The notes below the pieces were generated by a model. It ran no database searches. It had not been told where the DNA came from and saw only the letters and a program-made list of their open reading frames with translations. The position numbers and the translations under genes were made by a program. From IMG/VR virus record IMGVR_UViG_3300016484_000638, positions 1-57,234 of that record: 57,234 nt of DNA. One strand, written 5' to 3'. Below, piece by piece: positions 19,688 through 30,284 of this stretch. Every line of letters starts with the position of its first letter. Position 1 is the stretch's first letter. This DNA comes from a virus. Taxonomy: Duplodnaviria; Caudoviricetes.

Positions 19688-20353
19688 TTAATAATTTACA
19701 CTATATATAGCGTTTGGTAATCTTCTTTTGGCATACTTAACCCAGGTATTTAAAAGTATTTCCGATTCCCTTTTTGTTAATTCACCTAATTCTATTTCTT
19801 TATTCAAGTCATCTAACATAATAACATCTAAAGGTTTTTTTTCTAATTTAGCTCTACGATAAAAACCATGTACAAGAGCTTCTATTTCTGAAGGTTCTAA
19901 ATGGTGTTTAAAAACTGAATTTATATTAGATGAGTCTACTGGTTTAGATTTGTCTAAAAATATTTGTTGTGAATAATGTTCTATTTCGTGTCTAATATCT
20001 TCACTTATTTTATAGAAAATTTTTTCATAAGACTTTGGTTCTGAGTTAACGTCAATGGTAATTTCTAAAACTATTTCATCATCCTCATCAATAAAAGTGT
20101 TAATAAAAAAATCATAAGATTTATCACCATATTTTATTTCCTGAACTTTATTAAGATAAACATAAACCCCAAAACTTATTCCAGATTCATGTGAATAGAC
20201 ATCCTCTGAATCATCATTAGGTAAATTATATTCGTAAAGACCCTTCTCTCCTTCATGAGTCTTTATAGTATCCATAATATCAGTAGTAATTTTTCTACTG
20301 AATGAGTCATATCTACCTTCTGTTAATAAAGGTTTTTTTAAAAGTATCTTCAT
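19688..20353 (-). CDS. HExxH zincin-like protein with LLTE N-terminal tag
   Basis: RHEIEH ... EIEA. Confidence 0.65.
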   Translation of the reverse strand: MKILLKKPLLTEGRYDSFSRKITTDIMDTIKTHEGEKGLYEYNLPNDDSEDVYSHESGISFGVYVYLNKVQEIKYGDKSYDFFINTFIDEDDEIVLEITIDVNSEPKSYEKIFYKISEDIRHEIEHYSQQIFLDKSKPVDSSNINSVFKHHLEPSEIEALVHGFYRRAKLEKKPLDVIMLDDLNKEIELGELTKRESEILLNTWVKYAKRRLPNAIYSVNY

Positions 20354-21894
20354 CTAACCCAAACTTCTTTAACATTTTTTAATATAGCTTCATTAGCTCT
20401 ATAAACAGGTTTACCTGTTTCAAACTCAACAAAGGTATCGTTAACATAAGGGTTATAAGTAACTAAAGTCCAGCCTGTGGTATTATAGTCACCACCAGAA
20501 TGTTTAATTATACCAGTAATACCAGCATGAACATTTTTTTGTTTAACTTTTCTAACTTTATTCTTACCCGCTTCTTGTACAATAAAAGTAACATTTGTTA
20601 ACCATAATGTTTTATCGTAACCTATAACCAAATTAGTAGATTTATTTCTAATTGACCAGTAAGGTGGTTTATTTAAATTTCTGTGTACAAAGACATTACC
20701 ACTAAAACCTTTGTGACCAGATAACCTTATATCATCAGAACCAAAATCTTCATTTTCTTTTAAAGATTTTTTACTAGGATAAGGGTTAATAACATCACCA
20801 TCCTCACCACTTTGTGTAGGGTGTTTTTTAGCGTATTCTGAAGCTTTTTTAGCTTGTCTTTCTAATTTTTTAATAGTTTTTTTTGGTTCATCCATTTTAC
20901 CATCATAACTATCATAGTTAAGTAAGGCACTATTATATTTAGAAACATCCACAGTGTAAGGTTTTAACTCTTCTGGGTTAAAAAGTCTTAAACCTGGTCT
21001 CATTGGTGCAACATAAGAACCTCTAGAATGTGAAAAATTTGAAGTAGATTCATTAATATCGTCTAATTCCCTATTTCTAAGTAAGTTCATACCATTCTTT
21101 GCGTAATAAGTATCTATAGCTATTTTAGCCGACTCCCAACTATTATAAACTTTTTTTGTGTTTTCTGGTATATCAGTTATATCAATCCCTAATGTTGGAT
21201 TGTAGTATCTTCTAACTCCAAACAACATCGATTCTATGTCTGAACCCTCCATTCTAGTGTCTGTATTGGTGAAATACTCACCTTCAGTTTCATATTGATA
21301 TCCGTGAGGTATATATCTAGCTATTTTTTGATATTGTCCTAAATGTTCAGGCATTTTAAGTTTCCACAATATAAAAAATAAGTTTCCATCTTTATTATAA
21401 CTAGTGAACAAATTACCATCAGTAGCTGAAACACACCATTTAGTGTTTGACCCATAAATACAAGAGCCCTTTACAGTTAAAGGTACAACAACACTTAAAT
21501 TAACATCATCGTATATTTTAGTAGCACCTTCTAATTTCTCTTCTCGTCTAGTCCTTTTTAATTTAACACCCTCAATAGCTCTCTCTAATTCAGATAAATC
21601 ATCATATTTATTTATATCTTTTACAGTAAATCTAGGACTGTTCTCATGAAAAAAAATAATGGCGTTTATGATTTGACTATGATAATCTCTTGAAAAAACA
21701 TTAACCCTATCATATTGTCTAGAATCAATTAATGTAGCCTTTAATAACCAATTCAAATATTTTTGATTACCAGAGGGGTCATTATTTACATAAAAATTAA
21801 ATATTTCATCAGAAAATTGTGGATATTTTAATCTAGCATTTTCAATACGACCTTCCAACAATAAAGATTCTTTTATTAATTTTTTAATATTCAT
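20350..21894 (-). CDS. Multi-module protein with YGxxTKWC domain (paralog 2)
   Basis: LIKESLLLE tag; DPSGNQKYL; YGSNTKWCV; internal INE/S and LKE/N junctions. Confidence 0.75.
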   Translation of the reverse strand: MNIKKLIKESLLLEGRIENARLKYPQFSDEIFNFYVNNDPSGNQKYLNWLLKATLIDSRQYDRVNVFSRDYHSQIINAIIFFHENSPRFTVKDINKYDDLSELERAIEGVKLKRTRREEKLEGATKIYDDVNLSVVVPLTVKGSCIYGSNTKWCVSATDGNLFTSYNKDGNLFFILWKLKMPEHLGQYQKIARYIPHGYQYETEGEYFTNTDTRMEGSDIESMLFGVRRYYNPTLGIDITDIPENTKKVYNSWESAKIAIDTYYAKNGMNLLRNRELDDINESTSNFSHSRGSYVAPMRPGLRLFNPEELKPYTVDVSKYNSALLNYDSYDGKMDEPKKTIKKLERQAKKASEYAKKHPTQSGEDGDVINPYPSKKSLKENEDFGSDDIRLSGHKGFSGNVFVHRNLNKPPYWSIRNKSTNLVIGYDKTLWLTNVTFIVQEAGKNKVRKVKQKNVHAGITGIIKHSGGDYNTTGWTLVTYNPYVNDTFVEFETGKPVYRANEAILKNVKEVWVR

Positions 21895-21991
21895 ATCTAT
21901 AAATATTTTGTTTTTGTAAAAAACCTTAATTACTTAAAAAATAACTAAATAACAATATTGATTATTTAAAAAAATATATTAACGTTATATT

Positions 21992-22126
21992 ACTTGGGTG
22001 GCGAAAGGTATATGCGACCTATTGACGGATAGGTTGGTTTCGTAAATAAGACTAATTAGAGTTGGGCCTATAATTTTAATTAGTTCGAAAGGAGATCGTG
22101 AGGGGTTAAATACCCCTCCCCAGGTA
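21992..22126 (+). ncRNA. tRNA-like RNA with tetraloop in place of anticodon and long variable hairpin
   Basis: ACTTGGG/CCCAGGT-A acceptor; ACCTATT-GACG-GATAGGT; GAGGGG-TTAAATA-CCCCTC. Confidence 0.65.
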
Positions 22127-22240
22127 CAAAAGTTCTATTAGGGTGTTATTAATAATATAATAATAGGTAACTATATCAGAATTTCCTCCAGATATGACTA
22201 TAAAAAACCTCATATATTGATTTATATGGGGTTTTTTATT

Positions 22241-22248
22241 TATCTTTG
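22241..22248 (+). promoter_or_regulatory. Bacteroidota sigma-A type -7 box (example)
   Basis: TATCTTTG just upstream of ATG 22253; motif recurs before many genes. Confidence 0.7.
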
Positions 22249-22252
22249 TTGT

Positions 22253-22657
22253 ATGAAAACATTATTATGGCTTGACGATATTAGAAACCCATTTACCGAT
22301 AATTGGTTAAGGGACTACGCACCACAATTCTCAAATGGTGAGGGTAAAGTTGTATGGGTTAAAAATTATGATGAATTTATTAACCATATCATATTTAATG
22401 GTATTCCTGACATGATTTCATTTGACCACGACTTAGGGGAGGATGTTGCCAAAAAAAGAGTTTCTAATGGTATGAGTAAACGACAAGCTCGTAGTCTTAA
22501 ACGTGAAACTAAAAGTGGTTACGATTGTACTAAATGGTTGGTGGACTATTGTTTGGATAACGGTGTATCAATACCTCATTTCGGTGTTCATTCAGCTAAC
22601 CCTGTTGGGGCAGAAAATATTCGTGGATTATTAAATAACGCGATAAAACATATGTAA
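22253..22657 (+). CDS. Cyclic-phosphate processing receiver-domain protein
   Basis: LWLDDIR, SFDHDLG, SGYD, HSANPVG. Confidence 0.8.
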   Translation: MKTLLWLDDIRNPFTDNWLRDYAPQFSNGEGKVVWVKNYDEFINHIIFNGIPDMISFDHDLGEDVAKKRVSNGMSKRQARSLKRETKSGYDCTKWLVDYCLDNGVSIPHFGVHSANPVGAENIRGLLNNAIKHM

Positions 22658-22678
22658 AATTTTATTATATTTGTAATT

Positions 22679-23380
22679 ATGAAAAAATTAACTTTTATTT
22701 GTGACACTCACACCAAACATGAGAAACTTAACGGTTTTCTTCCTGGTGGTGATATGTTAATTTGTGGTGGTGATATCACTAACCGAGGATATCTAACTGA
22801 GATTGAAAATTTTCTTACGTGGTTTGATAAAATTGATAACTATGATCATAAAATTTTCATTGCAGGTAATCACGACTTTGGTTTCCAAGACCGACCTAAT
22901 GAAACTAATGGTTTATTAACTAACTATAAAACAGTTAATTACTTACAAGATGAACTTTTATTGGTTGGTAATGAGTATGATGATTATGAAGATATGGTTA
23001 AAGTTTGGGGTACTCCTTGGCAACCTGAATTCTACAATTGGGCATTTAACTTACCAAGAGGTGAAGCTTTAAAAGAAAAATGGGATATGATTCCCATGAA
23101 TACTGATATTCTTATTACTCATGGACCACCTCACGGTAAATTGGATTATGTAAGATACCCAAACCAAAATGTTGGTTGTGAAGAACTTATTAAAAGAATT
23201 AATGTGGTTAAACCAAAAATTAATATCTTTGGGCACATCCATGAAGGATATGGTTACGTCTTTGATGGAGATACACATTATATTAATGCAGCAGTTTTAA
23301 ATGGTAGATATGAATTTCAAAACAAACCTGTTAATGTTTTATGGGATAAATACACAAATCATTTGGAATTTGTTGATTAA
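22679..23380 (+). CDS. Calcineurin-like metallophosphoesterase
   Basis: DTH, GD, GNHD, THGPP, GHIHE. Confidence 0.9.
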   Translation: MKKLTFICDTHTKHEKLNGFLPGGDMLICGGDITNRGYLTEIENFLTWFDKIDNYDHKIFIAGNHDFGFQDRPNETNGLLTNYKTVNYLQDELLLVGNEYDDYEDMVKVWGTPWQPEFYNWAFNLPRGEALKEKWDMIPMNTDILITHGPPHGKLDYVRYPNQNVGCEELIKRINVVKPKINIFGHIHEGYGYVFDGDTHYINAAVLNGRYEFQNKPVNVLWDKYTNHLEFVD

Positions 23381-23397
23381 TCCATTATCTTTGTGAT

Positions 23398-23430
23398 ATG
23401 GAAAAGAAAAGAATTTATCTAGACGATGTT
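23398..23430 (+). pseudogene. Stranded 5' end (MEKKRIYLDDV) of the 24232 gene
   Basis: Matches 'RIYLDDV' of 24232..24705; own TATCTTTG promoter. Confidence 0.75.
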
Positions 23431-23473
23431 GTTTTTTTATTGATTTCACAATATTTATTGTTAAACAATAGAT

Positions 23474-24247
23474 ATGGGTAAACTAGTTGGAATTTACAAA
23501 ATAACAAATATGATAAATAATAAAGTTTATGTGGGTAGTGCTGTTAATATCAAGAATAGATTTAAAACACATAAAAGATTATTAAAAAATCACAAACATT
23601 TTAATAATCATTTACAATCTTCTTATATCAAATATGGGGAGGAACAATTCAGATATGATATAATTGAAACAACTTCCACTGAAGAATTATTAGAAAAAGA
23701 GTTTCATTGGATAAAATTATTAAATGCAAACAATCCTAAATACGGGTATAATAAAAGGTTAATTGTTAATAGTAATTTGGGTATTAAATTATCGGAGGAA
23801 ACCAAAAAAAAACTAAGTGAGAGTCATCTAGGTCATAAAAGAAGTGACGAAAGTAATAAGAAAATAATCGAGTCTCAATATAAAAAAATATGTCAGTTCG
23901 ATAGGGATGGGATTTATATTAAAACTTATAATAGTTTACAAGATGCAGCAAAAGAACTCAATTGTAAGTACACCACTTCAATAACAGCATGTCTAAAAAA
24001 AAGGTTACCATCCGCCTTAGGATTTTTATGGTGTTATGAACACGAAAAGGATAATTTTGTACCGATAGAAACAAAAAAAAGAGGAAAAAATAAAATCAAA
24101 TTAAAAGTTACTTGTATTTTTACGAATAAAATTATTATGTTTGAATCAATTACTGATGCAATTAATGATTTAAAACTGTCAAGTAAAACCGTTTATAAAG
24201 GAATAAAAGAAAAAAATTATAAAAATTTAATATGGGAAAAAATTTAA
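23474..24247 (+). mobile_element. GIY-YIG homing endonuclease (NUMOD3/NUMOD1)
   Basis: GIYKITN...VYVGS...YGYN. Confidence 0.9.
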
Positions 24248-24705
24248 AACCTTATCGCATCTATCTAGATGATGTTCGTATGCCAGTTGACAAAGAATGG
24301 ATTGTGGTTCGTTCATATGAAGAATTTATTAAAAAAGTTAATGAGATAGGCCTCAATAATATTGAACTTATTTCTTTGGACCATGATTTGGATGATACAG
24401 CTATGAATGAGTATTATAATAATGTTTCACCTAACTACAAATTAGATTACAACAACATAAAAGAAAAGACTGGGTATGATGCTTCCAAATTCTTGGTTAA
24501 CTTGTTTTATTCTTTAAATGAAAACAGAATCAACATGAGTCGTACTGAGAAAAAAAGAGATAAAAATTTTTACTTCCCAAAAGTGGTAGTTCATTCAGCT
24601 AACCCAATAGGTTCAGCAAACATTATGGGTTATATTAATAATTTCTTAATGAATGAGGGACAACCACAAGATTGTATTAGAGTTAATATAGAACATTATG
24701 TATAA
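24232..24705 (+). CDS. Cyclic-phosphate processing receiver-domain protein (second copy)
   Basis: IYLDDVR, SLDHDL, TGYD, HSANPIG. Confidence 0.8.
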   Translation: MGKNLKPYRIYLDDVRMPVDKEWIVVRSYEEFIKKVNEIGLNNIELISLDHDLDDTAMNEYYNNVSPNYKLDYNNIKEKTGYDASKFLVNLFYSLNENRINMSRTEKKRDKNFYFPKVVVHSANPIGSANIMGYINNFLMNEGQPQDCIRVNIEHYV

Positions 24706-24841
24706 TATTGAAGAACCAAAACTAACAAAACAACAAAAAAAAGATATTAAAAAAGTTGTTGACAGGTATTTGCGTATAAAATTTAAAAAAAAATTTAAGA
24801 AAATTACTGGCATTAAACTTAAATAATATTATATTTGTGGT

Positions 24842-25303
24842 ATGAGAACATTAAGAAATTTTTTATTTTTAGTATTAACAGTTTCAACTTTATTTTCTTG
24901 TGAAAAATATCAACCAACTTTTCATAAAATTAAATACGAAATAACGTTAATTGAAGGAGCTGACCCAGTTGGTTCCCCTATCTTAAACGATGTAACGTGT
25001 AAACCATTTTATAAAGAAGATGGTGAACCAGTTTTTCCAACCATTGTTGAACAAGTACCATATACCTGGGATTATGAATATTGGCAATTAGTTGATGGTG
25101 AACCAGTTTCTTTTAGTTTCTCACCAACAGCGGACTATATGTTTAAGATGTCTATATACATTGATGATGTATTAGTGTCTTGGAAGATTGTAGATACGGA
25201 CAATAGTGGTAATTATTACGCTTATCAAGGTGTAGACCAAGGTGGTTTAGATGAAAGTGGTAAACCAGATTATCCTGTAATAAAGTTTACATACAAGGAG
25301 TAA
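24842..25303 (+). CDS. Lipoprotein
   Basis: Lipobox LFSC followed by EK. Confidence 0.7.
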   Translation: MRTLRNFLFLVLTVSTLFSCEKYQPTFHKIKYEITLIEGADPVGSPILNDVTCKPFYKEDGEPVFPTIVEQVPYTWDYEYWQLVDGEPVSFSFSPTADYMFKMSIYIDDVLVSWKIVDTDNSGNYYAYQGVDQGGLDESGKPDYPVIKFTYKE

Positions 25304-25346
25304 TCCTTATAAATAAAAAAAGAGTTGACCTACATCAACTCTTTTT

Positions 25347-25667
25347 TTATTGTTTATATTTCTCATTTAAAAATACTCTAATAGTTTTTCTGATAACACC
25401 TTTATCCAAATCAGGAAAATCATCTTCAATTAACCAATAAATTTTGTTAAGAATTGTTTTTTTACTAACAAAATTCATGTTAAAAATCTCATCCATACCA
25501 ACTAAAGATTTAATTACTAATGGATTCTCACCAAATTCATAAGTTCTTTCTGTTACTTTAAAATTTTGATTTAAAAAATTATATAATTCTAAATTGTAAT
25601 CAGATGGGACAGACTCCATCCAATCTAAATTAGATTCTTTCAGTATTTTTCTAATTAAATTATTCAT
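25347..25667 (-). CDS. ILKE/DW-tag protein
   Basis: MNNLIRKILKESNLDW. Confidence 0.7.
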   Translation of the reverse strand: MNNLIRKILKESNLDWMESVPSDYNLELYNFLNQNFKVTERTYEFGENPLVIKSLVGMDEIFNMNFVSKKTILNKIYWLIEDDFPDLDKGVIRKTIRVFLNEKYKQ

Positions 25668-26365
25668 AAATTAAATTCTTTTCTTCCGTTAACAAACTTT
25701 TTATTTTGATAACTATAAAAACCAGCGTGTATTGGGGTAGACGTACACCAGCCAGCTATTCTACTATCAACATGATTTCCTGTAACAAAATAATTTAAAC
25801 TTTTACCTTTCTTAGTTAAGTTATTATACGCAGTAGTCATTAACCAATTTTTAATATGTTCCGAGTTAACTATAGAAGCAGCTAATGTTATAACCTCATC
25901 ACTATTTAATGAGGGTTCAAAATAATAAAATGTGTTCGGTTGAAGTTCTACACCAGTCGGAATATCACTAATCCACTGTAATGGGTTGTCGTCAGATTCA
26001 TTGATAGATTTATTGTAATAAGTTAAGGCTCTATTATAAATTCCACAGTCGTCACAATCCATCCCACTGGAATCCCAATACTTATTTGATTCCTCTAAGT
26101 CAGGCCACACGATCAATCTCATTCCTGGATCTTTTACAAATCGTTCTGTATAAACCTCAGTATAGGAGACAACAATAATTCTTCCCTCAACATAACCAGA
26201 TCCACCACCAGTCTCCTTATCATCGTTACCTTCAAAACCTGGTAAACAAATAAGAACATCACCTTCTTGTGGTGGGTTCTCTGCTGTTATGGTTGGTACC
26301 ACATCTCTAATCCAATCAAAGTCATCACTGGATTCTTTTAATATTTTTTTAATAATCTTTTTCAT
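25664..26365 (-). CDS. ILKE/DW-tag two-module protein
   Basis: MKKIIKKILKESSDDFDW; internal INESDDNPLQW. Confidence 0.7.
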   Translation of the reverse strand: MKKIIKKILKESSDDFDWIRDVVPTITAENPPQEGDVLICLPGFEGNDDKETGGGSGYVEGRIIVVSYTEVYTERFVKDPGMRLIVWPDLEESNKYWDSSGMDCDDCGIYNRALTYYNKSINESDDNPLQWISDIPTGVELQPNTFYYFEPSLNSDEVITLAASIVNSEHIKNWLMTTAYNNLTKKGKSLNYFVTGNHVDSRIAGWCTSTPIHAGFYSYQNKKFVNGRKEFNL

Positions 26366-27267
26366 TATAATTTTCTAATATCATATGAATCACCGTATAG
26401 ATAATAAGGTCTCCATTGTTTTATAGCCGATACCATTTTATTCGCCTCTGCTTTTGTTCTAAATATTTTAGGCATATTATCATCTTCACGACTAAATATA
26501 CCCTCCCTCCAATCATTACCTATATAACCAGATAAACCACCTTCTTCATCTACAAAAAATTTAGCTCCAGTGGCGTACGAATTTACTGTAATTATATAAC
26601 CTTTTAAGGGTTTATCTCCAACCCACTCAAAATCTTCTTTTAATATTTTTTTAATTTTTACGGTTAAATCACCATTCCCTTTAATCACTCTATGATAAGT
26701 ATTTTTAGGTATGTAAATTGTTTCTGTTAATGGTTTTGGTAACTCATTATCTAGTTGTACCATCCAATCAGTATGACCTACAGATTTAACAATTCTATCT
26801 TCTCTATCTCTATGCCAAACAAGTTCGTCATTATCTACACCATTAGTGAAAGTTCTAATATGATAACCTTCTTTCACCGTTTCTGAATACGGTTTACTTA
26901 CGTCAACTAAAAATTTATTATCATCTAAAAATTTCTTACCTAATAAAACAGGGTACTTCATTTTATCTCTATTATTTAAAGTAAAGTCAGATTCAAAAGA
27001 TTCATCCCCAAGAGTAAATTTTAATTTAACACAATATCTTTTATTTTTTAACCCATTAGAACTTTTAACATTTTTAATTTTATAATTTTTAAATGTAATC
27101 ACTTCTGGATGGTCCAATAATTTACAATGTAAATCACCGTTTTTTATAAAAGCTTCAGGACAATGTATTGAACTGGTTTCAGCACCAGTATCTATTTTTG
27201 ATTTTATACTCTCAGGTTTAAAATCAAAAATTATTATAGAATCACTACCAATTATTTTATTTTCCAT
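26365..27267 (-). CDS. Retropepsin-like (RimK-associated) protease + cupin-like module + ILKE/EW module
   Basis: KIDTGAETSS, MKYPVLLG; WHRDREDR..YHRVIKG; KKILKEDFEW. Confidence 0.75.
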   Translation of the reverse strand: MENKIIGSDSIIIFDFKPESIKSKIDTGAETSSIHCPEAFIKNGDLHCKLLDHPEVITFKNYKIKNVKSSNGLKNKRYCVKLKFTLGDESFESDFTLNNRDKMKYPVLLGKKFLDDNKFLVDVSKPYSETVKEGYHIRTFTNGVDNDELVWHRDREDRIVKSVGHTDWMVQLDNELPKPLTETIYIPKNTYHRVIKGNGDLTVKIKKILKEDFEWVGDKPLKGYIITVNSYATGAKFFVDEEGGLSGYIGNDWREGIFSREDDNMPKIFRTKAEANKMVSAIKQWRPYYLYGDSYDIRKL

Positions 27268-27268
27268 A

Positions 27269-28408
27269 TTACCACCATGTTCCTCCACCAGATAACCCTA
27301 ATGACTTAGCATATCTTGGTAGTCTACATGCCCAATAACCAGCAGAACATTTATCATTCTTTTGTGGGCAATTATGCCTATCAGAAAAGGCTTTTCTAGC
27401 TTTAGGGTCTCTTAATTTAACGGCTAATTTACCACCACCAGATTTGGCACCAAAAGAAACTTTTTTAATTCTATCACCACATTTAGTATAAACATAGAAT
27501 TTTTTAGAACCACCTCTTTTAGGTTTACCTAATTGAACTTTCTTTCCTTGGTACTCAGCTTCATTAATTAACTCCTCTTCCTCTTCATAAATAATATCTA
27601 ACCAAACCTCGTTACCCTCATAAACACCTTTTTTACCGATGTCCGTATTGATAAATTCTATATCTTGTTCAGACAAATTTATTTGACCTTGTAAGTATAA
27701 CTCTCTAGTTTCATTAATCAAGTTAAAATACGCTTCAGATCCATATCTATATATATTTTCTGTTAAAGGTATTCTATTTTCTAAATGATATATAACAGAT
27801 TCAGAGATAGATTCATTTTTGGTTTTCTTACCCCAAGACTCCCCTTTACTAGATTTATATTTTTTACAAGAACTAGGTGTGGGTCTACAGGCTGGATATT
27901 TACTTCTAGTCTCACCTTCTTGTCTACCACATGATTTACATTTAGTTCTACCAGTTTCACTATCTTTTCTACAAGTATTACAATCTACCCACCCACCAGT
28001 AGAACCTTTAGAACCTTTTCTTTTAAACCAGTCTCTTAGGTTACCTTCAGAACCAGGTTTTGAGGTAAGTTTTCTTTTTTCAGTAATTAAATCCTCTAAT
28101 TCAAAAACACTTTCATTTTTTTTAAGTCCTTGGCAATGTGCCTTTTGTGAGAATCCTTTAGGGTTATTACAATTTATTGATTTTTTATATTTTTCAGACC
28201 ATTTTTCTTCTAAATGGGTTTCTTCTTCTTTAGTTGAATTACCCCAATTTTCGGCACCAACCTTTCTACATTTAGATAAAGCACCAGAAGCATAAGCAGA
28301 AGGCCAAACATCGTATCTACTTTTTACCTTATAGTAACAAGCGTCTCTCTTTTTTTTCTTCTCTGATTCAAAGAGTAATTCTTCTTTTATAATTTCTTTG
28401 ATGTCCAT
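27269..28408 (-). CDS. Multi-module basic/Cys-rich phage protein
   Basis: WPSAYASG, KYPACRP, KKVSFG modules separated by xxE junctions. Confidence 0.7.
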   Translation of the reverse strand: MDIKEIIKEELLFESEKKKKRDACYYKVKSRYDVWPSAYASGALSKCRKVGAENWGNSTKEEETHLEEKWSEKYKKSINCNNPKGFSQKAHCQGLKKNESVFELEDLITEKRKLTSKPGSEGNLRDWFKRKGSKGSTGGWVDCNTCRKDSETGRTKCKSCGRQEGETRSKYPACRPTPSSCKKYKSSKGESWGKKTKNESISESVIYHLENRIPLTENIYRYGSEAYFNLINETRELYLQGQINLSEQDIEFINTDIGKKGVYEGNEVWLDIIYEEEEELINEAEYQGKKVQLGKPKRGGSKKFYVYTKCGDRIKKVSFGAKSGGGKLAVKLRDPKARKAFSDRHNCPQKNDKCSAGYWACRLPRYAKSLGLSGGGTWW

Positions 28409-28414
28409 AAAAAA

Positions 28415-28795
28415 TTATTTTCTCCAGTCTGATGTACCTGTTGGGTAAATATCGTCCATATCATCGTCTTCATCGTAAGGTAAACTATCTTCACCCATTT
28501 CAACTGATTTCAATATATCACCACTTTTAGTTTCATTCATTAAGAAATCAAAGACTTGATCCATATTATTTTTAGCTTCAGCTATATGGTCTTGAGCCCA
28601 ATCATGACCATTTTCCAATATCTCTTCTATTTGGTCTTCGTTTAAATCTAATAATAACTCAGCTTGTCTTTTAATTTGTTCTAAATTAGAGAAAAACATA
28701 TAACGAGAAGATTCCTGTGGTTCTCCACCCTCTCTAATTATTTTCTTAACCAAACCCTCAATGTCCGACTGTGTAAGTCTAACTACTTTTTTCAT
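28415..28795 (-). CDS. Hypothetical protein with VRLTQSD...KIIRE tag
   Basis: ORF after ATATTTAT motif. Confidence 0.7.
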   Translation of the reverse strand: MKKVVRLTQSDIEGLVKKIIREGGEPQESSRYMFFSNLEQIKRQAELLLDLNEDQIEEILENGHDWAQDHIAEAKNNMDQVFDFLMNETKSGDILKSVEMGEDSLPYDEDDDMDDIYPTGTSDWRK

Positions 28796-28819
28796 ATTTA
28801 TATTTTATTATAAATATTA

Positions 28820-29056
28820 CTAAACTCTTTTAAATTTAATTACAGACCATATTAGATATAAAAAAGAGAATATAAAATTTAAAATAGGTAGATAAAAAAA
28901 TAGGCTTAAACCTTTATGTTTTTTATCGGATAAGTTATTATCTAACATCATGGCTTTACCCATAAAAATATGTGATAAAGGGTATGAGATTAAAATAGTT
29001 ATTATTAGTGCTATAATCATTTGAGTAATATTTATATTATATGAAAAATGTATCAA
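28820..29056 (-). CDS. Small membrane protein
   Basis: Two TM segments. Confidence 0.5.
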   Translation of the reverse strand: MIHFSYNINITQMIIALIITILISYPLSHIFMGKAMMLDNNLSDKKHKGLSLFFYLPILNFIFSFLYLIWSVIKFKRV

Positions 29057-30045
29057 ATTTAAATTTAAACATACTTGTGGAAAAACTGTATATTGAATCC
29101 GCAGTTAATAAAATTTTTGAAAAGATATCTGATTTTGATTGGGTGGATGAAATTGAACCAACATTAAAAAAACCTAATTTTGAATTTGACGGTGAACATG
29201 AATACTGGGTAGATTTAAGTAAATTACGTCCACACGAAATTAGTGTTGTTGGTGACTATATGCTTAAAGTATTACCAAAAATTAGGTTAGATGGACATAG
29301 AGGTGAGAAATTTAATAATCTAAAATATTATAAAGGTATTGTTATTCATTGTGGTAGTGATGTCACTGATTACGAACCAGATGAAAATAATGTATGTTTT
29401 ATGGAAGTTTCTTTTGATGAGGATACAGAGACGAGTAATAGTATTTATGTTGACGGTAGAGAAGTTTACGATTATGTCATGGTTTTAAAAAATCAAAATA
29501 TTAATGAAAATGTACAATTAATAAAAGAAACTGAAGATAAATCTATAATTAAACAAGTTATTGATGATTTAGGTTTAACAAGAAGATTATTATTTACGTT
29601 TAGTACTGGTATGGCCGCTTTTATTGAACCTATAACAAACTTATTAAACGGTTCTGGGATACATCTAAATAAGACACAAATTATTATGTTAATAATAACA
29701 TCAATAGCTGTGTTACTTCAGGATATTGACACTAAAAGAGCTATTGAAAAATTAAAAGAAGAAGGTATATTAAAGTATCTTGATAATGTTATAGACTCAA
29801 TTACAGATATAAAAGAAGTTTTAAATTCTATATTAAAGAAGGTTATGGGTGTAACTTACGGATTAACTGATGTTCTTGGATTTGCCTTTATAATGGTACC
29901 ATTCATGAAAGTACTTAATGAATTAATAGTTGATAATGGTATTAATATGGGGTCAATAAAACAGTTATCAGCCGGTCTTTTAAGTGGTATACTAGCCTAT
30001 ACAGTTAAAAACGTTGTTAATAAAATAAAAAAAAGGTTAAATTAA
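29041..30045 (+). CDS. DFDW module fused to C-terminal hydrophobic domain
   Basis: KIFEKISDFDW; INE/LIKE junction; hydrophobic helices. Confidence 0.65.
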   Translation: MKNVSNLNLNILVEKLYIESAVNKIFEKISDFDWVDEIEPTLKKPNFEFDGEHEYWVDLSKLRPHEISVVGDYMLKVLPKIRLDGHRGEKFNNLKYYKGIVIHCGSDVTDYEPDENNVCFMEVSFDEDTETSNSIYVDGREVYDYVMVLKNQNINENVQLIKETEDKSIIKQVIDDLGLTRRLLFTFSTGMAAFIEPITNLLNGSGIHLNKTQIIMLIITSIAVLLQDIDTKRAIEKLKEEGILKYLDNVIDSITDIKEVLNSILKKVMGVTYGLTDVLGFAFIMVPFMKVLNELIVDNGINMGSIKQLSAGLLSGILAYTVKNVVNKIKKRLN

Positions 30046-30284
30046 TTTAACCTTTTTTTCTTTACAACATCTTTAACAAAAGCTCTAATTTTACCATCCA
30101 CAAAAACTTCAAAAATAGGAACGTTTTTTCCATAATATTTTTTAATTGCTTCAGGGTCCGTCATAGGAATTTGTTCAAACGGTAATTCGTACATATCAGC
30201 AACTTTTGCCTCTAGTGGTGGGTTGTAAGCGGTAACTAAAACCATCTCCCCAATTTGAAAATTATCTATCTGTATTTTCCCCAT
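30042..30284 (-). CDS. Hypothetical protein
   Basis: ORF. Confidence 0.6.
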   Translation of the reverse strand: MGKIQIDNFQIGEMVLVTAYNPPLEAKVADMYELPFEQIPMTDPEAIKKYYGKNVPIFEVFVDGKIRAFVKDVVKKKRLN

